Made by a program: the position numbers and the translations under genes. Positions 50,735-64,000 of a stretch of DNA of 64,000 nucleotides are shown here, piece by piece (the first letter of the stretch is position 1; each line of letters opens with the position of its first letter). Source of the DNA: Lama guanicoe (Eukaryota); the NCBI GenBank assembly GCA_013239625.1, contig MU054187.1, positions 18,096,711 through 18,160,710 on the forward strand, read 5' to 3'. Under the pieces are notes generated by a model, which worked only from the letters and a program-made list of their open reading frames with translations, was not told the DNA's origin and did no database searches.

Positions 50735-53700
50735 GGTAACAACAGATCTACTCTAACAGTCACACGATTACTTGATAGAAACTCCAAAGGTTTTATGTCA
50801 ATAAATTAAAAAATCAGAAAATGTTGAGGACAATACCTATCACATACCTACCTGTATCTTAGTATAACTTTAAATTAGCTCCTATAACATGTGAACATTT
50901 GAATGCATCCTTAGAAATCAATGATTTGATTTAGGATCAATTAGCTTCAGAGTGAACCCCCATAAAACTAAGTGATTTAACTTGTTGGACAGAGTTATTT
51001 AGTTCATCCATCTAGTTGCCAAACCAATTGTGCCAAAAATGATTTCAGTTTTGGCACATGTCATGCTTAAATAGTCCTTCTAATTATTAGTCATCAACTA
51101 ATTGAACTGCTTCTGAAGAATTAATATTCTCCAATTCTCTAATGAGGAACATGGATAAAGAACATTGTGTTTGTTTTTCTGTTTACCAAATTTACCTAGC
51201 TGTTTGTCTACTTATAGTTTTGTTTTTGTTTCTGTTTTTCTGACTTCAGTGAAAAAACAAGTGAGAAATCATGAGTCAAATTTTCAGTTTAGGAATATAT
51301 TTTCCCGAAGAAGTAAAGAGTTCCAACATATCCCAGGTCAGCTATGCCACAAGTGATAATATCCTGACACTTTATCTTTTGTAGGGCAAATGTCATTTCC
51401 TGAAAACTTTTAGCCCTGAATGCAACCAATGTTTATTAAAAGAAATGAATTGTAGCCAATGTAACACACCTATCTTTATATTTATGATTTTTATACTTGA
51501 TAGTTTCATTCGCAGTGGACATTGTTCCTTCCTGGTTTGTTCATTTCTGAATGGCCAGTGCCTAGCATGGGTCTGATGTAGTGGTGGGCACTCTATTCAT
51601 TGAGTGAATGAATGAACTGGTATGTTAGCAATTCAACCTGGGAAAGTGATAAATAATACTTAGAATCACAGTTATGACCAACAATACTTTCAGTCATATG
51701 TAATGAGGACTCCTTGTGTGGAAGGTTAAATAAACAACAAAATTTGATGTAATGCTGTATTACTCATTTCTATATTTTCTTAAATTCTGCCAGATCAAAT
51801 GTCATTGTCAGTGATACCCGTGTTCCCAGAATTGCAGGCATCATGAACATGGCATGTCTAGAACCAATTTTTACCTGACAAATCTAAAATATTTCCTTTT
51901 AGGCTTTCTAAGAATAAATTAAACTTCTAATAAATCATTCTTATTTAGTCAGATTTAATGTCACCATCAACCAGATACTTTCTGAATCCTCATTTTGTTT
52001 TCTTTATAATAGTTTAGTACATTTTTAGATTTTTTTTTAATTTAGATGAATTTAAACAATTCTAATGATTTAAATTCATTTTGCAAACATTTCCCAGCCT
52101 GTGACTTAAAGAAAAGTTTAATATGTCATTTTTAAAGACATGCTATTAACTAAGCTGAAATATTCTCAACACACTTCATTACATACAAAAGTTCCAAAAG
52201 TGTTCTGAATAAAAATGACTTGCTAAGATTTAATAATATTTTATATTTACATATTTCTTTAATAGATTTACATATAACTATCAAATAATTGTTCTGTTTA
52301 TGATTAGAATTTAAAATTTTCCTCGTCTTTCAGATAATATCAAATAATTTCCAAGGTAATTCTCTGAGTATTTGTCTATCTGATTATATGCACTCAGGGT
52401 TGACATTTGAAGAATATTAATCATTCTTTGAAAAAGCAGCAAATAGATTCTTTTTCATTCTGGGTATTTCTGACTTCTGGATAATTATGGAAAAGAATGA
52501 TTTTTTCCCTCAAATTTACCACACAAGGTAGTCAATGTTTTCTTTCCAATCAAGATGGTAAGGATACACCATCAGCACCTCTAGGAAGGTATCATTGCTT
52601 TTATAGATGTTCCATATAAATTATGCTTTTAAAAAATGATGATGGTTGCTGATGTTGGTAAAAATCAGCCCAACCTGGTTCTGCAACAAGGCAAAATGAC
52701 AAGCAGTCCTGGCTTTCTGAAATGCAGACAAACACCCACAAAGTAGGTTATGTTGGAATTCCAGGTATTCCAGGTGGCACCTTGAGAGTATCTGCCAACA
52801 TGGCAAGGCGAGTAGAATCTGTAGGATTCTCCCCATGTTTATAGGAGAACACAAATTGCCACCTGATATACCCTGTCCTCCCACATAGATAAGCATGAGA
52901 GAGGCATCTGAGTCTCCACGTACATCTAACTCTATGGGTTTCCAAATCACCAAATGCCATAAAGTAATTTGTTTTTTTATTTATGACTGCAGGCTTTTCT
53001 GATGGCACACCGCTTCTGCCTGTGACATACTGCAGCAGCAACTTGCAACCTGGTTTTTAAAAAATAAGTATCTGTTTGTACAGAGCTAGATTCACTAGGA
53101 AACACAATTTAAAAGATTTTTATTTAAAAAAAAAACTACGTACATGACAAAATTTAATTGCATAAAGTAAAGGCAGCATTAAGCTTTTCTGTAAAGCCTC
53201 TGAGGAAACAATACTTGTGTCCCCCAAGTAGGGTATATCATTAGTGCTCCCGGGATATTGGCTAATATCAGGGTGATTATAGATCTTCTTTTGAAATAGG
53301 AAAAAAAAAAAAACCAAACCCCAATGCCTAAAAAGGCTTGGTACATTTTAAAAATAAATACTTAAATAAATTTTCTTAATATATCATTAAATATTCAAAA
53401 TTATTTAACAAATAATTTTCCCTTTACAACTGATGTAGATTAATTTCCCAGGTTTTCTCAGAGCCTTGCCATCTGATGGTAGCAACTTAAGGCTCACCTT
53501 TGTTGCTAAAACATTCTCATTTTGACAGTATGATCATCTCTTTCCCTGTATATTTTCTTTATTGTTTTTGAAATTAAAATTTAGAAACCAGCTTATATGA
53601 TTCTGAATATATTATTTTAGGCTACCAAGTAGACCTGACACTGATATAGAAGAGAAGTTCTGTAAAGGAAAGAAGTATTTCTTCTACAACACGGCCTTCC

Positions 53701-54379
53701 TGCTTTAGACCCCTTAATAGGAAATGCTTTCTCTGCTCCGTGTGTTGATGTGATCAGCCTTGACGGCCATGCCCTGCACGCCCACCAAGGCATTCCCTGG
53801 TAAGGTGTTCTGAGTCTTGTGAATTTTCACTGGATTAGCGACTCAAATGGAATTTAATTCTTTTACAAGAAAATTAAGTCCCCCGCCCCAAATCTCTCTG
53901 CTAATGGTTGCAGTAACTTAATGATCTTCACTAGGCTCGTTATCATGGCCACTGTAGAACACTAGCAGTGTACCAGCCGCAAACCAATGGGAGGCTGTAA
54001 CATGACATCATAATTTCTAGCGTAAATCAATCAGATCACCAGAGGTTGGAAAGGAATGCAAAGAGTATTCTTGGAAGATGTTCAAAATCCAATCATGATC
54101 AGTAATGCTCTGATTTACAGCATCTCCTGTCTGCTTGCTCTCTCACTTAAACGACCTAAGCTTCCTTTTTAAAATCAACCCTGGAAAGATTTCAAATACA
54201 AATGACCTTCAACAGGAAGGAAGACATAAATAAAATTCAAATGGTACTTGACATCCTTAATGTCCGAGCACATGGGTCAGAGTTCACTAGGCTATTTAAT
54301 CCAGCCATGCAAATTGGTTTATGCCTAGGGTCTGAAATACAGCAATCTGAACCTAAAGAAAATTGAGCAATGGCTCTAA

Positions 54380-54813
54380 AAAAAATAAATCTTGCTTCGT
54401 TCCCTGGAACATGAGAGTCAATTCCATCTCAAGGACTTTGCATTCACTGTTCTCTTTGCCTGAAATACTTTTCCCCAGAAATTCTGACTCATAATCCAAG
54501 TTTCAACTCAAATGTTATCACCTTTAAGAAACCATCTCTGACCACATTAGCCTCCTCATGCATTAGTCTCTGTTTTAGTTTCTCCGTAACATTTCTTGCT
54601 ATTGGAAATTACCTTAAGTACTGATTTACTTGATTATGTATTTATTTTCAGCCCCTCTCTCCCCACCAGAACGTAAGTTCTATGAGGACAGATACCTTTA
54701 TCTATTTTTTTTTTACTTTTATCTATTTTATTCACCAATGTTTCCCTAGTGCTATGAAGAGTGCCTGGAAGAAAGTAGGCACTAAATAAGTGCTTGTAGA
54801 ATAAATGAATGAA
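54380..54813 (+). mobile_element. L2 LINE 3' end
   Basis: 'ctcaaggactttgcattcactgttctctttgcctgaaat...gtaggcactaaataagtgcttgtagaataaatgaatgaa'. Confidence 0.85.
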
Positions 54814-55367
54814 AAGCAATAAGAACCTAAAGACAAAATATTCTGTTACTTCCAGCCTCGCACCTAACTGATACTGAGTGAATGAAAGAATAAAGTCATT
54901 ATCCTTTTAGTTGCTACAAAAAAAAAGTATTACTTTAAAATGAAATATAACCATTAACAAAGAGATACATTCTCATCAAACTGGTAATATGGATAAAAGT
55001 TTTGAATGTTTTTAAGCTTTTGAATTTTTACCATCCTGGAAGTTATTGTGATCATTTGTGATGCTGGGCTGAATAAAACACCAATAAGATGGGTGTCCTG
55101 AATTCCAGGGCTAGGCTGAGTTGAAAGTATTAACAGCTTCACACAAGGGCTGTCAGTTTTCCACAGAAGGAATGGTTTTCTAGGGTTGGTTTTCTATCCG
55201 TGCTTAGCTTTCTTGGAGGAGGCAGTAGAGCATGCTAGTCAGGAATACGGATGCTAGCATCAGTGGTCCTGGGGTATCCCTGCTCACTAAAACAATGACC
55301 TTATATGAGTTATTTGAACTCCCCAAGTTTCCTCTACTTCATCTCTATTCATATAGAACTTACCTCA

Positions 55368-55720
55368 TGTCTTAGTCTGCTTGGTGTACTGGGTAGCTCA
55401 AACAAGAAACATTTATTTCTCATTGTCTTGAGGCTGGGAGATCCAAGGTCAGGGTGCTGGTGTGGCCGTGTTCAAGGTGAGGGCTCTCTTTCTGCCTTAC
55501 AAACAGTTTGTGTCCTTACCTGGCAAAGAGAGAAAGAATGATTGGAAGCAAGCTCTCTGGTCTGTTCTTATAAGGGCAGTCGTCCCTCAGTGAGGACCAT
55601 ACTTTCATGGGCTCATCTAAACCTAATTACCTCCCAGGAGCCTACCTCCAATACCACCAAACTGGGGGTTAAGGCTTCAACACATACACTTTGGAAGAAC
55701 ACAACCACTTAGTCCGTAAT
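55368..55720 (-). mobile_element. MLT1A/MST-like MaLR solo LTR inserted into a MIR
   Basis: 'tgtcttagtctg...catttatttctca...gaggctggga..tccaag...ctaattacctccca...gggggttaaggcttcaaca'. Confidence 0.8.
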
Positions 55721-56592
55721 GCTTCACAAATGTGTTGTAGGCTTACTTGAAATAACACGTGTGGAGTGCTTAGAATTTTTAGTACATTGTAAGCACCCTA
55801 AGTTTAGCATCTATTATTAAAATTCATAGAAAAATACAAATTTTATACAGGATTCATTAATACAGAGTTTCTGAAATAATATTTGAATGGAGATTTTGAA
55901 TTTTACTTGTGGATTTTATCTCAGTTCAAGAAAACATATGCTGATTCCATCACTTCACTCTTTGGTGAAAATTCAGCCCATTTCACTTGCTGAAATACTG
56001 TCTTTTGGTTTACATTTCCAGACGAAGTATGATCAGGATGTGGTCCATATCCCCCTTTAGGCTCAAATCAAATGCTGTGGAACAACACATGATAAACACC
56101 AGCTCCTGCTGGAATTGCTTTGTTTGACTACCTGTGAGCTTAATAGACAAAAAAGGAGCTGTAAGAAATAATGTTTTTGAAACCGATTCACAAATGTTTG
56201 GTTAATGATCACCAGCCGAGATGATGCACAGCAAATGCCCTCAGGGACCCCTGGTAATTCTTCAGTGGATGCTCAGGAATTGATAGGAGGAAAGCTTTTG
56301 ACAAAATTAAGTGCAAGTGCTAAATGACAGCCAGTTAGAATCTAGGACTTGAAGGGGAAAAGTCCACACAAAAATATATGCCCAAAACTGGGTGAGAAAA
56401 TCAATACATGTAGAAAGCCATGTATCTTCCCCTGATATTAACACATGTGACTAGGAGACGATTACTTCACCTCCCAAAGCCTAGGGTTCCTAGAACCAAC
56501 TTTATAAATACTCAAACATTATAGAAAAGATAACATTGAGATATGAGGACTCAAAAAAGGAAAAATAGTAGTGACTCTGATTTTGTGTATAT

Positions 56593-56715
56593 ATAGATGG
56601 CCCTCCTTTTCCTTAGAATCAACCAAAAGCAGATCAAAACTATTCAGAAAAAAAATTCCAGAAAGTTCCAAAAAGCAAAACTTGAACTTGCTGTGCCTAG
56701 GCAACTATTCATAGC
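56593..56715. mobile_element. Tigger3/MER2-family fragment, truncated
   Basis: 'aatcaaccaa...gatcaaaactattcagaaaaaaaattccagaaagttccaaaaagcaaaacttgaa'. Confidence 0.75.
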
Positions 56716-57514
56716 CAGCCAGTTAGAATCTAGGACTTGATTATAAGCCACTATTGTGGCTCCTCCTGTAATGACTGGCTGCTTTTTGTGAAAAATAATT
56801 GATTTGTCATTTGCAGAGGGAGAAATCCCTCGTTAGGGAATGGGAGTGGGGCGTGTACCCTTCAGCCATGGTTGGAAATCACTTTTGGGGGCCAAAGTGC
56901 CATTGAATAGTTTAGTCTTCTCTCTTTGTTTTGTTTCTCTACAAAGTCTAGAAACACTTGGAACCTCTCCTAAACATTTCAACTTAATTCTTTTTATTTA
57001 TATTCATTAACTTTTATGCCTTTCACATCTCCAATAATTCTTTTTATTAAAATCCCCAAACTTCATTCACTCTCACTCAAAATCTTGGATCTACCCAGAG
57101 TGAGGACTAGAACAGAGAGCAGGCACACATATGACTATAATTTTTCATTTTATGCCAAGAGCATGCTTTACTTTAATAACAAGAAAACAAGTCATATGTA
57201 ATCAAGTAAATAATCATCAATAAAATTCTAAAACTAAATTAAGGTGACTAAAGGTTTCTTGGAATGAGAAATAAGTGTATCTTTATATATACATAATATA
57301 ATGAAAGTTTTTTCTCACAGGTCTGTGAACTTGGAATATGCCCAACTAATCAAATGGAAATTAAAGAAAGATTTTCTTACTTTAAGTCATTTAATTTATG
57401 TGTCTACAGAATGTATTTTGAAGTCATATTTTATTGATGACTTTCTACATAATTCCCAAAATTATTAATTATAGATAAGAAGAGATTTTTTTAACGCTAT
57501 CAGAATCCACTTAC

Positions 57515-57566
57515 CTGGTATAAAAATGTCAAAATCAGAGTCCACAGGTTTATAGAAGTTGTTCAT
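57515..57566 (-). other. Candidate 52-nt exon of an unidentified transcript
   Basis: Acceptor 'attctttcatacag' and consensus donor CAG|GTAAGT; one frame reads MNNFYKPVDSDFDIFIP; no homology recognised. Confidence 0.25.
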
Positions 57567-59934
57567 CTGTATGAAAGAATCATGAAACATTCTACCTGAA
57601 TCCAATAAAATACTTATTAATAATAGGACTAAAAAGCAGTTGTTTTATCTCTAAATTCAATTGAGAAATCAGTAGAAATTTTTAGGTTTTATTATTCTCA
57701 TTATTTTCATAACATTTCAGAAAACAACTTTATTTTTCTATCTGCCCAGTTCCTGTGATCTTTCTTGCAATCATAACATATTACAGAAAGTTTTCTTAGC
57801 ATCTCATATTTCATAATGCAATAACCTTCAGGAGGAAAAAAACGTTCTTTGTTTTAACAATTTCAGAGATTTTCTTATCATTTCTGGATAGAATTTTAGA
57901 ACTATAAAAAAACTGTCTAAAAAAATTGTCTAACTGAATTTCAGCTCATCACCCTAACCTCCAGTCATGTTGGCCAATATCTATCTAAGTGGCTGTTACT
58001 TTATTTATAAAACAATATACATTTTCTATTTTGATGCTTTACGTTGTCTTCAAATGAAACTGAAATATTTAAGAACTTCCCAGGTATGTGGCTACGTCCT
58101 TTCAATTTCCTAAATGTTCTGTGTGCTCTAATCCCTGTAGCAGATTTTGCACTTATATTACTATTCTAAATAGTTCCTCTAAATTTTGTATAGATTATGT
58201 GTCTATTGGGGGATAAATTCATTGCATTAAGGTAGATATCAGGTAACACTTTCTATTTAACATTCTAAAAATGCTTGGGGACGTGTTAAATGAAGTTCCA
58301 TAAAACAGCAATTGTGTATTACCTATTAAGGTAGAGTTTAAAAGCTAATTACACATTCATCTGTGCTTAGTTACTGAACCATAGAAACACCTAAATAAGC
58401 AATTTGTAGTTATCCAATGTGAAATAGTTATCCGATTAACACTTAATTCAAAGTATAGAGAAAAATTCTTTCTTAAAACCAAGGATAAAACAGAAGCAAA
58501 TACTTTCTTTAATGGCTAATGGAGCCCAATGCAGTTAAGCTAACAAACACAGTGTGTTCCCTACTAACTGTTCTGTTTTCCCATTCACCAGAAAATTATA
58601 CATCAAATTACAGAGATTATCATTAAGAATTTACATACCACCTGTTTTCATTTCCATTAACGCTTTCTTCTAAACGTCTTTTTATATCTTCAATCTTTAT
58701 ATTAAAACACAAATGTCTTTATCTTTCAGAAACTTGGAAATAACTTACTTAAGAACCCTCATTTTCCACTTCCAATTCTCTTTGAGGGGCAATGCCCACA
58801 CTCAAGAGCATTCTTAATGCAGCATTGCCATTTATAAAGCAAGGATCTCTGGTGTTTTATTTGACTGTCTTTGAAGGATTTTTGCTTCGTGATTCACGGT
58901 CTGAACGTAAAATTCACTCCTCAATCATCTCTTCCAGCTATGAGGGCTCAGAGTGGGTGGTGCTGTACCACTGGACATTAGTGGTTGTCCAGTACCCAGT
59001 GCAAGGCACTGACCTCAAATGCGTAACTGATATCCCTCCAACACTTATCTTTTTTCCTAAGACTCAAAGAGGTATTGGTAACAAAACTGTCTTTGGTGCA
59101 AGAGTTCTGAGTATTAAGAAAAGGAAAAACTGCAAGTAGAATGAGAATAGAAGCAGATTATCTCAATTAATACCCCAACTCTGCCATTTTCCAGCCACCA
59201 CCACTGCTCTATGATCCTCAGGAATAAGCTGAAATTCTCTGAACCTTAGTGGTTTGTTTTATTGTATTTTCTAAAAGCACTGAATCTATAACAAATTAGA
59301 AAAATGTTTTTAAAAGGGTCCTGGGTTGTCATTTGAGAAGCACAATATTGCCTACTTTATCGTTTCTTTGAGCAACCTAGTTGTCTTTAGTCTACCCAGT
59401 AACCAACAAGGCTGAAAAAAGCAGTGCCCACAATTATATTAAACCTGAGAAAAAGATTTCTGCAGAGACCCACAGTCCATTTTAACTGTAGAACCACCCA
59501 TAGATTCTTAGCTCTCACAGGAAGTGAACTGAGCAGTGGGGGAAATCACTGGGGGCATGGACTGTTTCTGCTCATATCCCCTTCACAGTGGTCCCCAGTA
59601 TCTACATCCTGACCCACCTCATCCTCTGTATCAGTCAGAAAACTGAGCAAAAGTCAGTAAAATTAAGCAGAAGAGCAAACACACTCACATTGTCATGTAG
59701 ATGTGCAAAGAGAATACATCTTTACTCTTTAAGACTGCTCTTACCTTCCCAAAAGCCCTCAAACCTTGCACAATAGAAGAGGAAGATGGCAGTTAATCTG
59801 TCCAATCTTTAAATGCAAGCTTGATGTAACAGTTTAGGTAGTGTTTTAGGTGAAATATACAACCGCTCAGATTTCACATTGCCTTCTCTCTTGGAGGAGG
59901 TTTGTGGCTTCTGTGACCTCATAGAGAAAATGGA

Positions 59935-60385
59935 AAGGAAATCTTGCAGCCTCGTATTGTCCTCTGATTCCTTTGGTTTCCATGGTGATGTTTTATTCCT
60001 TTGGTTGCTGTTCATCCTGCTGGGACAAAGCCTGTATAAACTCCCGGTCCACATTTTCTCGTCTTGGTGAGGACTTGAAAGTCGAACGCTGGCAAGATCG
60101 GCTCATCTGCATTCCAGGCCTCAAGCCTTACTTTAACCCCCATGTAGTCTGATCCCCAGCAGTTCTGAATAAATTAATATTGGTGAGTAACTCATTCTTG
60201 ATGCATCAGTGTGCTGAGGTACACAGCCCTGCACCAATGGAATAAAGAAGCTCTTCTCCATATATGAAGACGCTTTCAAGTCCATTGTCAAATATTGCAA
60301 AATCCTGTTTTGAATGTTTTTCAACCTCATTGTAGCAATTTATTCCCACTCTCATCCCTTTAGAGAAAGGGATGCCATAGACTTC
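59935..60385 (-). mobile_element. Possible ancient CR1/L3-type LINE ORF2 C-terminal fossil
   Basis: WHPFL*RD (~WSPHLKKD), RLKNIQNRILQYL (~KLERIQRRATK), GSLYRL..R.N.R (~GH..KL..R..N.R), SPW....LQDF (~PWN.LP...L..FK) in expected order. Confidence 0.42.
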
Positions 60386-60818
60386 CTAAAGAAAATGTCA
60401 AAGAGTGGAAAGGCAAAAGAGAAAAACATACTGATATTTTACTTAAAATATAAATGTAATGGAAAGCCCTAAAATTAATGCAACATATTTCACCTCTCTT
60501 TTCCAGTTCATTCACTAGCTCACTGCAGAAAGTGAAGTGAGGAGGAGGAGGGATGAACAGTCCTCAGGCACTAAATCACGGAAGACGAAAAGCAACAATG
60601 GCGGCAGTTGGCAAGTAATTGGATGGGCTTGGCAAGGAGAGTCAGTCCTTCAGGGTTCCCTAATATTGGATTGTAAAATCTATCCAAACTTCCTCATATG
60701 CCGAAAATTGTTTTTTCAATCTATTTATGAGAATGATTGATCTATAAAGCAGCAAAGAGAAAAGAAAAAAAAAAGAGAGAGAAAAACACAAACACAAAAA
60801 CAAAAAACCCTACAGATC

Positions 60819-61369
60819 TGTTACTCTAAAATGGCAAGGGAAAAGACCCCAGTTCTTGTCTTACCCAAAAAATAAAAATTCAGCTGAGAGATGGAGCGTT
60901 GTGTAGTGAAAGATTTTAAAGGATTTATTAGCAAAGGGTATGTTCACCTCCAAGAACGGGAGCTGGGCTGATCCAAGGGACGGAAAAGCAGTGGCCTTGG
61001 CTTGCTCTTCCCTCGCACCCTCGCTTGGAGGTGGGCTTCTGATTGACTGACAGCGCTTGCCCTGGGAGTGCTTAGTCATGCTTGTCCCCTTTTGCACATG
61101 TCCTTACCCATGATGCACACAGAAAAACCCATGTGGTGGGGCCTAAACCACAGTGCTAATTATATCATAGTGAGCATTGGGTCATGTCCGGTTAGGCCCT
61201 TTTCACTACTGTGCAGTTGGAGCTGTCGGATTCTAACCGGTTTCTTGCTGGCGTTTTTAGAGGAAGTAAAGCCCCTTTATGCTGGAGGTGGGCATAGCAC
61301 TACCTTCCAGACCACCCTCCCGCTCCTCCACCTGTCTGCCCAGTTTCCCACTTATCTAACTACCTAACA
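60819..61369 (-). mobile_element. ERV1-class solo LTR (551 bp), young
   Basis: Inverted termini tgtta...taaca; 4-bp TSD GATC at 60815-60818 and 61370-61373; reverse AATAAA ~60924; CpGs retained. Confidence 0.9.
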
Positions 61370-61997
61370 GATCAAAGGGAATTCTGCTGCTTTGATTTTC
61401 TGGAAAGCTGGGTAGTGAGCATGGTAAGAGCCATCTTACTTGGCCTTAAATGTATTCTGTTTCTCTTTGTCCACTTCTGGCTGACCTTGGCATTCAGTCA
61501 CATGCTGTTCCATTATTGGTTGTACAGCTCATAACATGAGAAAAATGATAAATATCATTCTCTTTATCTACTGTACATTGCACGTGGCTATATTTTTCAC
61601 AGGTGAATTGTGACTGTGGCATTTTAGAGCACTGCTAAATTTTCCGTTGTTACCTTTTATTTTCTCTACATTTTTTTGTGTCTGTTGTTCTCAGAAGGTC
61701 ATATCAGTGTGTTTTTCTCAGTGTGAGAGATCCTGTCAACATATGTCGTAAGAAGAAAAACTGTATTCTGGTAACTTTATTTTCTAGATATACGTTGAAG
61801 CTGATCTTCTTTGTTTGTTTCCTTTATACTGAGCTTTGATTCCTGGGAGTAAGGTAATAAATATCCAAAATGTGTCCCAACCTGTCTTAAGGCTCTTGTG
61901 CATAACTATTCTTGTAGAAAGGTCAGTGCGACATTTACAGCCCTGTGGCTATTACAATAAAGAGTGAGTCGATGAATACAGAGCTTTCTCAATTGGG

Positions 61998-62255
61998 TGT
62001 ATTAGTTTGCTAAGGCTGCAGTAGCAAAACACTTTAGAGAGGGTGGCTTAAACAAGAGAAATTTATTGTCTCAAGGTTCTGGAGGCTAGAAGTCTATGAT
62101 CCAATAGTCATCAGGGTTTGCTCCTTCTGAAAGCTGTGAGGGAAACTATGTCCCTTGCCTTTCTCTTAGCTTTTGATAGTTTGCTGACCATCTCTGGCAT
62201 TTGTTGGCTTGTAGACCTCTGCCTTCATCTTCATATGGTGTTCCCCGTGTGTACA
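61998..62255 (-). mobile_element. MLT1-type LTR fragment, abutted by an ERV1 LTR 3' end on + (~62260-62368)
   Basis: 'tgtattagtttgctaaggctgc...aaatttattgtctca..gttctggaggctagaagtc'; then 'gatttattggcctgtcgtgcggc...tttggactcggtaaca'. Confidence 0.75.
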
Positions 62256-64000
62256 TTTCTCACGGCTCTGCTGACTTTCTGAACAAAGTCATGGCTTGCC
62301 CCAGCACCTCATCTCCTGATTTATTGGCCTGTCGTGCGGCAAGCATAATGAGTTTGGACTCGGTAACATAAAGACTAGTAAGATTGCAGTAGATTGTAGT
62401 AAGAAATTGTCTACAGCTCTAATTGAAAGAATATTATCCTGTTTCCCCAATACCCTGATTGCTGGAAAGTCTCTTCATCTGAATTTAAATATTTGGGCTA
62501 AAAGTCCTCCAGGAAGAATGCAAGTACATAATCAAAAACTAGGATACTGTATAGGTAAGACTCCAACTGAATGGAGACAACAGGGACACTGCTTTAGTGG
62601 GGAGAACTGCCTAGGTCATCACAGTGGGATTAGGCACCCAAGGGCTGCCATAACTTGCGGGGTGCTTGGAGAGGGCAGCAGCCTCCAAAGATAAAAATGG
62701 TATGTTTCATGTACTAGCGAATAATAGAAAGAACTCTCATTTTGACCTCTGAAACAACTTTGCAAAGGGTTTTCAAAAATTCCCTCATATTGCCAATGCA
62801 GGGAGCAATTGTTTCATAAAATATAACTGCTCTAACCAAATCTGTGTTATTGTCATATTCCTTCTCTCCTCTAGAGAAAGGAGAAATGAGTTTATTATTG
62901 CTCCCATTAGGCCTGCTGTCCTATTTCTATTTGACCTACTCTGATTTTTCACCCCAGTGTCCACAGATAATGAGGGAGGCAAGATGACTTCTGCCCTTGT
63001 AACCACAGTCCCAATCGACGATGAAACCCCGCCATTTCCAAATGTCAGGCTTCAGTGAGGGCAGAGGAAATGTGGCCTGTGAATAAAAACAAGACTAAGT
63101 TAAAATTCAATATTTCCCTTATCTTCATTCCCTTTGGACCTCTAACTAACTATGGAGGGGGGTTACTGTCTCCTGGTCTGACCTTGACACCTGACTCTGC
63201 ACCAAGGCTATGCTGGCTTCCCATCCCTCTCATGTGGGGGCTGCTCACTTTTTCAGTCCTCAGGGTCAAGAGGTGTGAGGGGGTCTTCCTGAATCTTGAT
63301 CACTGTCCTTACTCCCCAATTACCTAAAGCAATCATTTTTGAAAGATATATCACCTGGACATACCATCCTTTTCCCCTCCTGGGTGCACTCAGCTACACA
63401 CCTCTCACTGAGCACTCCTCATTCACAGCAGACTCCTACACCTGAGATAGATTTCACATCTACCCCTAGTTCTCCCATAATCCTGGGACAATCCAGTACT
63501 CGGTGGCAACCATCCACCCCCCCCAGCCTCCCAGTTCTTCAATGGCCTCATACTCAATAATATATACCTCTCCCCCACTCCCGTGGCCTCACCCTGGTCA
63601 TTTTCCTTACCTGTAACCACTTTAATTCCAGAATATCTTGCTTTGTGCTCATAAAAATTTCAACGCCAGCTTAGGAAAAAAAAACATTATTTCTTTTAAG
63701 ATCCTCTAGCGTTCTACCTTCTCCCAATCCAGGAATCATACACCAAATATTGCTTGAGCAAACGAACGAGTGAACGGTGCTGTGAAATGAAGAGGAAAAT
63801 GCCAATAGCCCAATTGCAATCACATCTCTTCCTCTAGGGAATAGGACAGACTAAATCCTATGGCGAGTCTGGTCCTGAGTTGCTGTGCTGCACGGCTGAA
63901 TCCAGATGAAAGCTCGGCTTCCTGCATCCCGGTGTCATTACTGAACACCTGGACATCCCAGAACGGGTGGAGGCTGGGGACAGAAAGCATTGAAGAAAAT

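Noticed and set aside
52621..52953. 110-aa ORF with hAT-like 'INMGRILQILLALP'
   Set aside because: Following residues lack the S..ERSFS motif and no other transposase motif is visible
1..64000. CRISPR array, operon or other prokaryote-type system
   Set aside because: Sequence is mammalian repeat-rich DNA; no regularly spaced repeats or long ORFs (longest 126 aa)

Overview
AT-rich, CpG-depleted mammalian genomic DNA, most likely camelid (a tRNA-Ala-derived Vic-type SINE and a camelid-like L1 3' end, both recognised from memory). I cannot support any intact protein-coding gene. The window is dominated by interspersed repeats: many ERV1-type solo LTRs (several with clean 4-bp TSDs), one decayed ERV-L provirus, MaLRs, L1/L2/MIR and Tigger/MER DNA elements. 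The most notable items are (1) a tailless retrocopy of exactly the 5' exon of tRNA-Arg(TCT) inside a 20-bp target-site duplication, (2) a near-identical ~2.0/2.2-kb tandem duplication whose first copy carries a templated insertion and a deletion, (3) very old LINE fossils (RTE-X/L4-like RT, CR1-like C-terminus) and a possible hAT fossil in apparently unique sequence, (4) several short locally templated insertions at repeat breakpoints, and (5) weak hints of a spliced minus-strand transcript. I did not find convincing evidence of a new multi-gene system. Repeat family names are from recall, not database searches, and boundaries are approximate unless a TSD is given.
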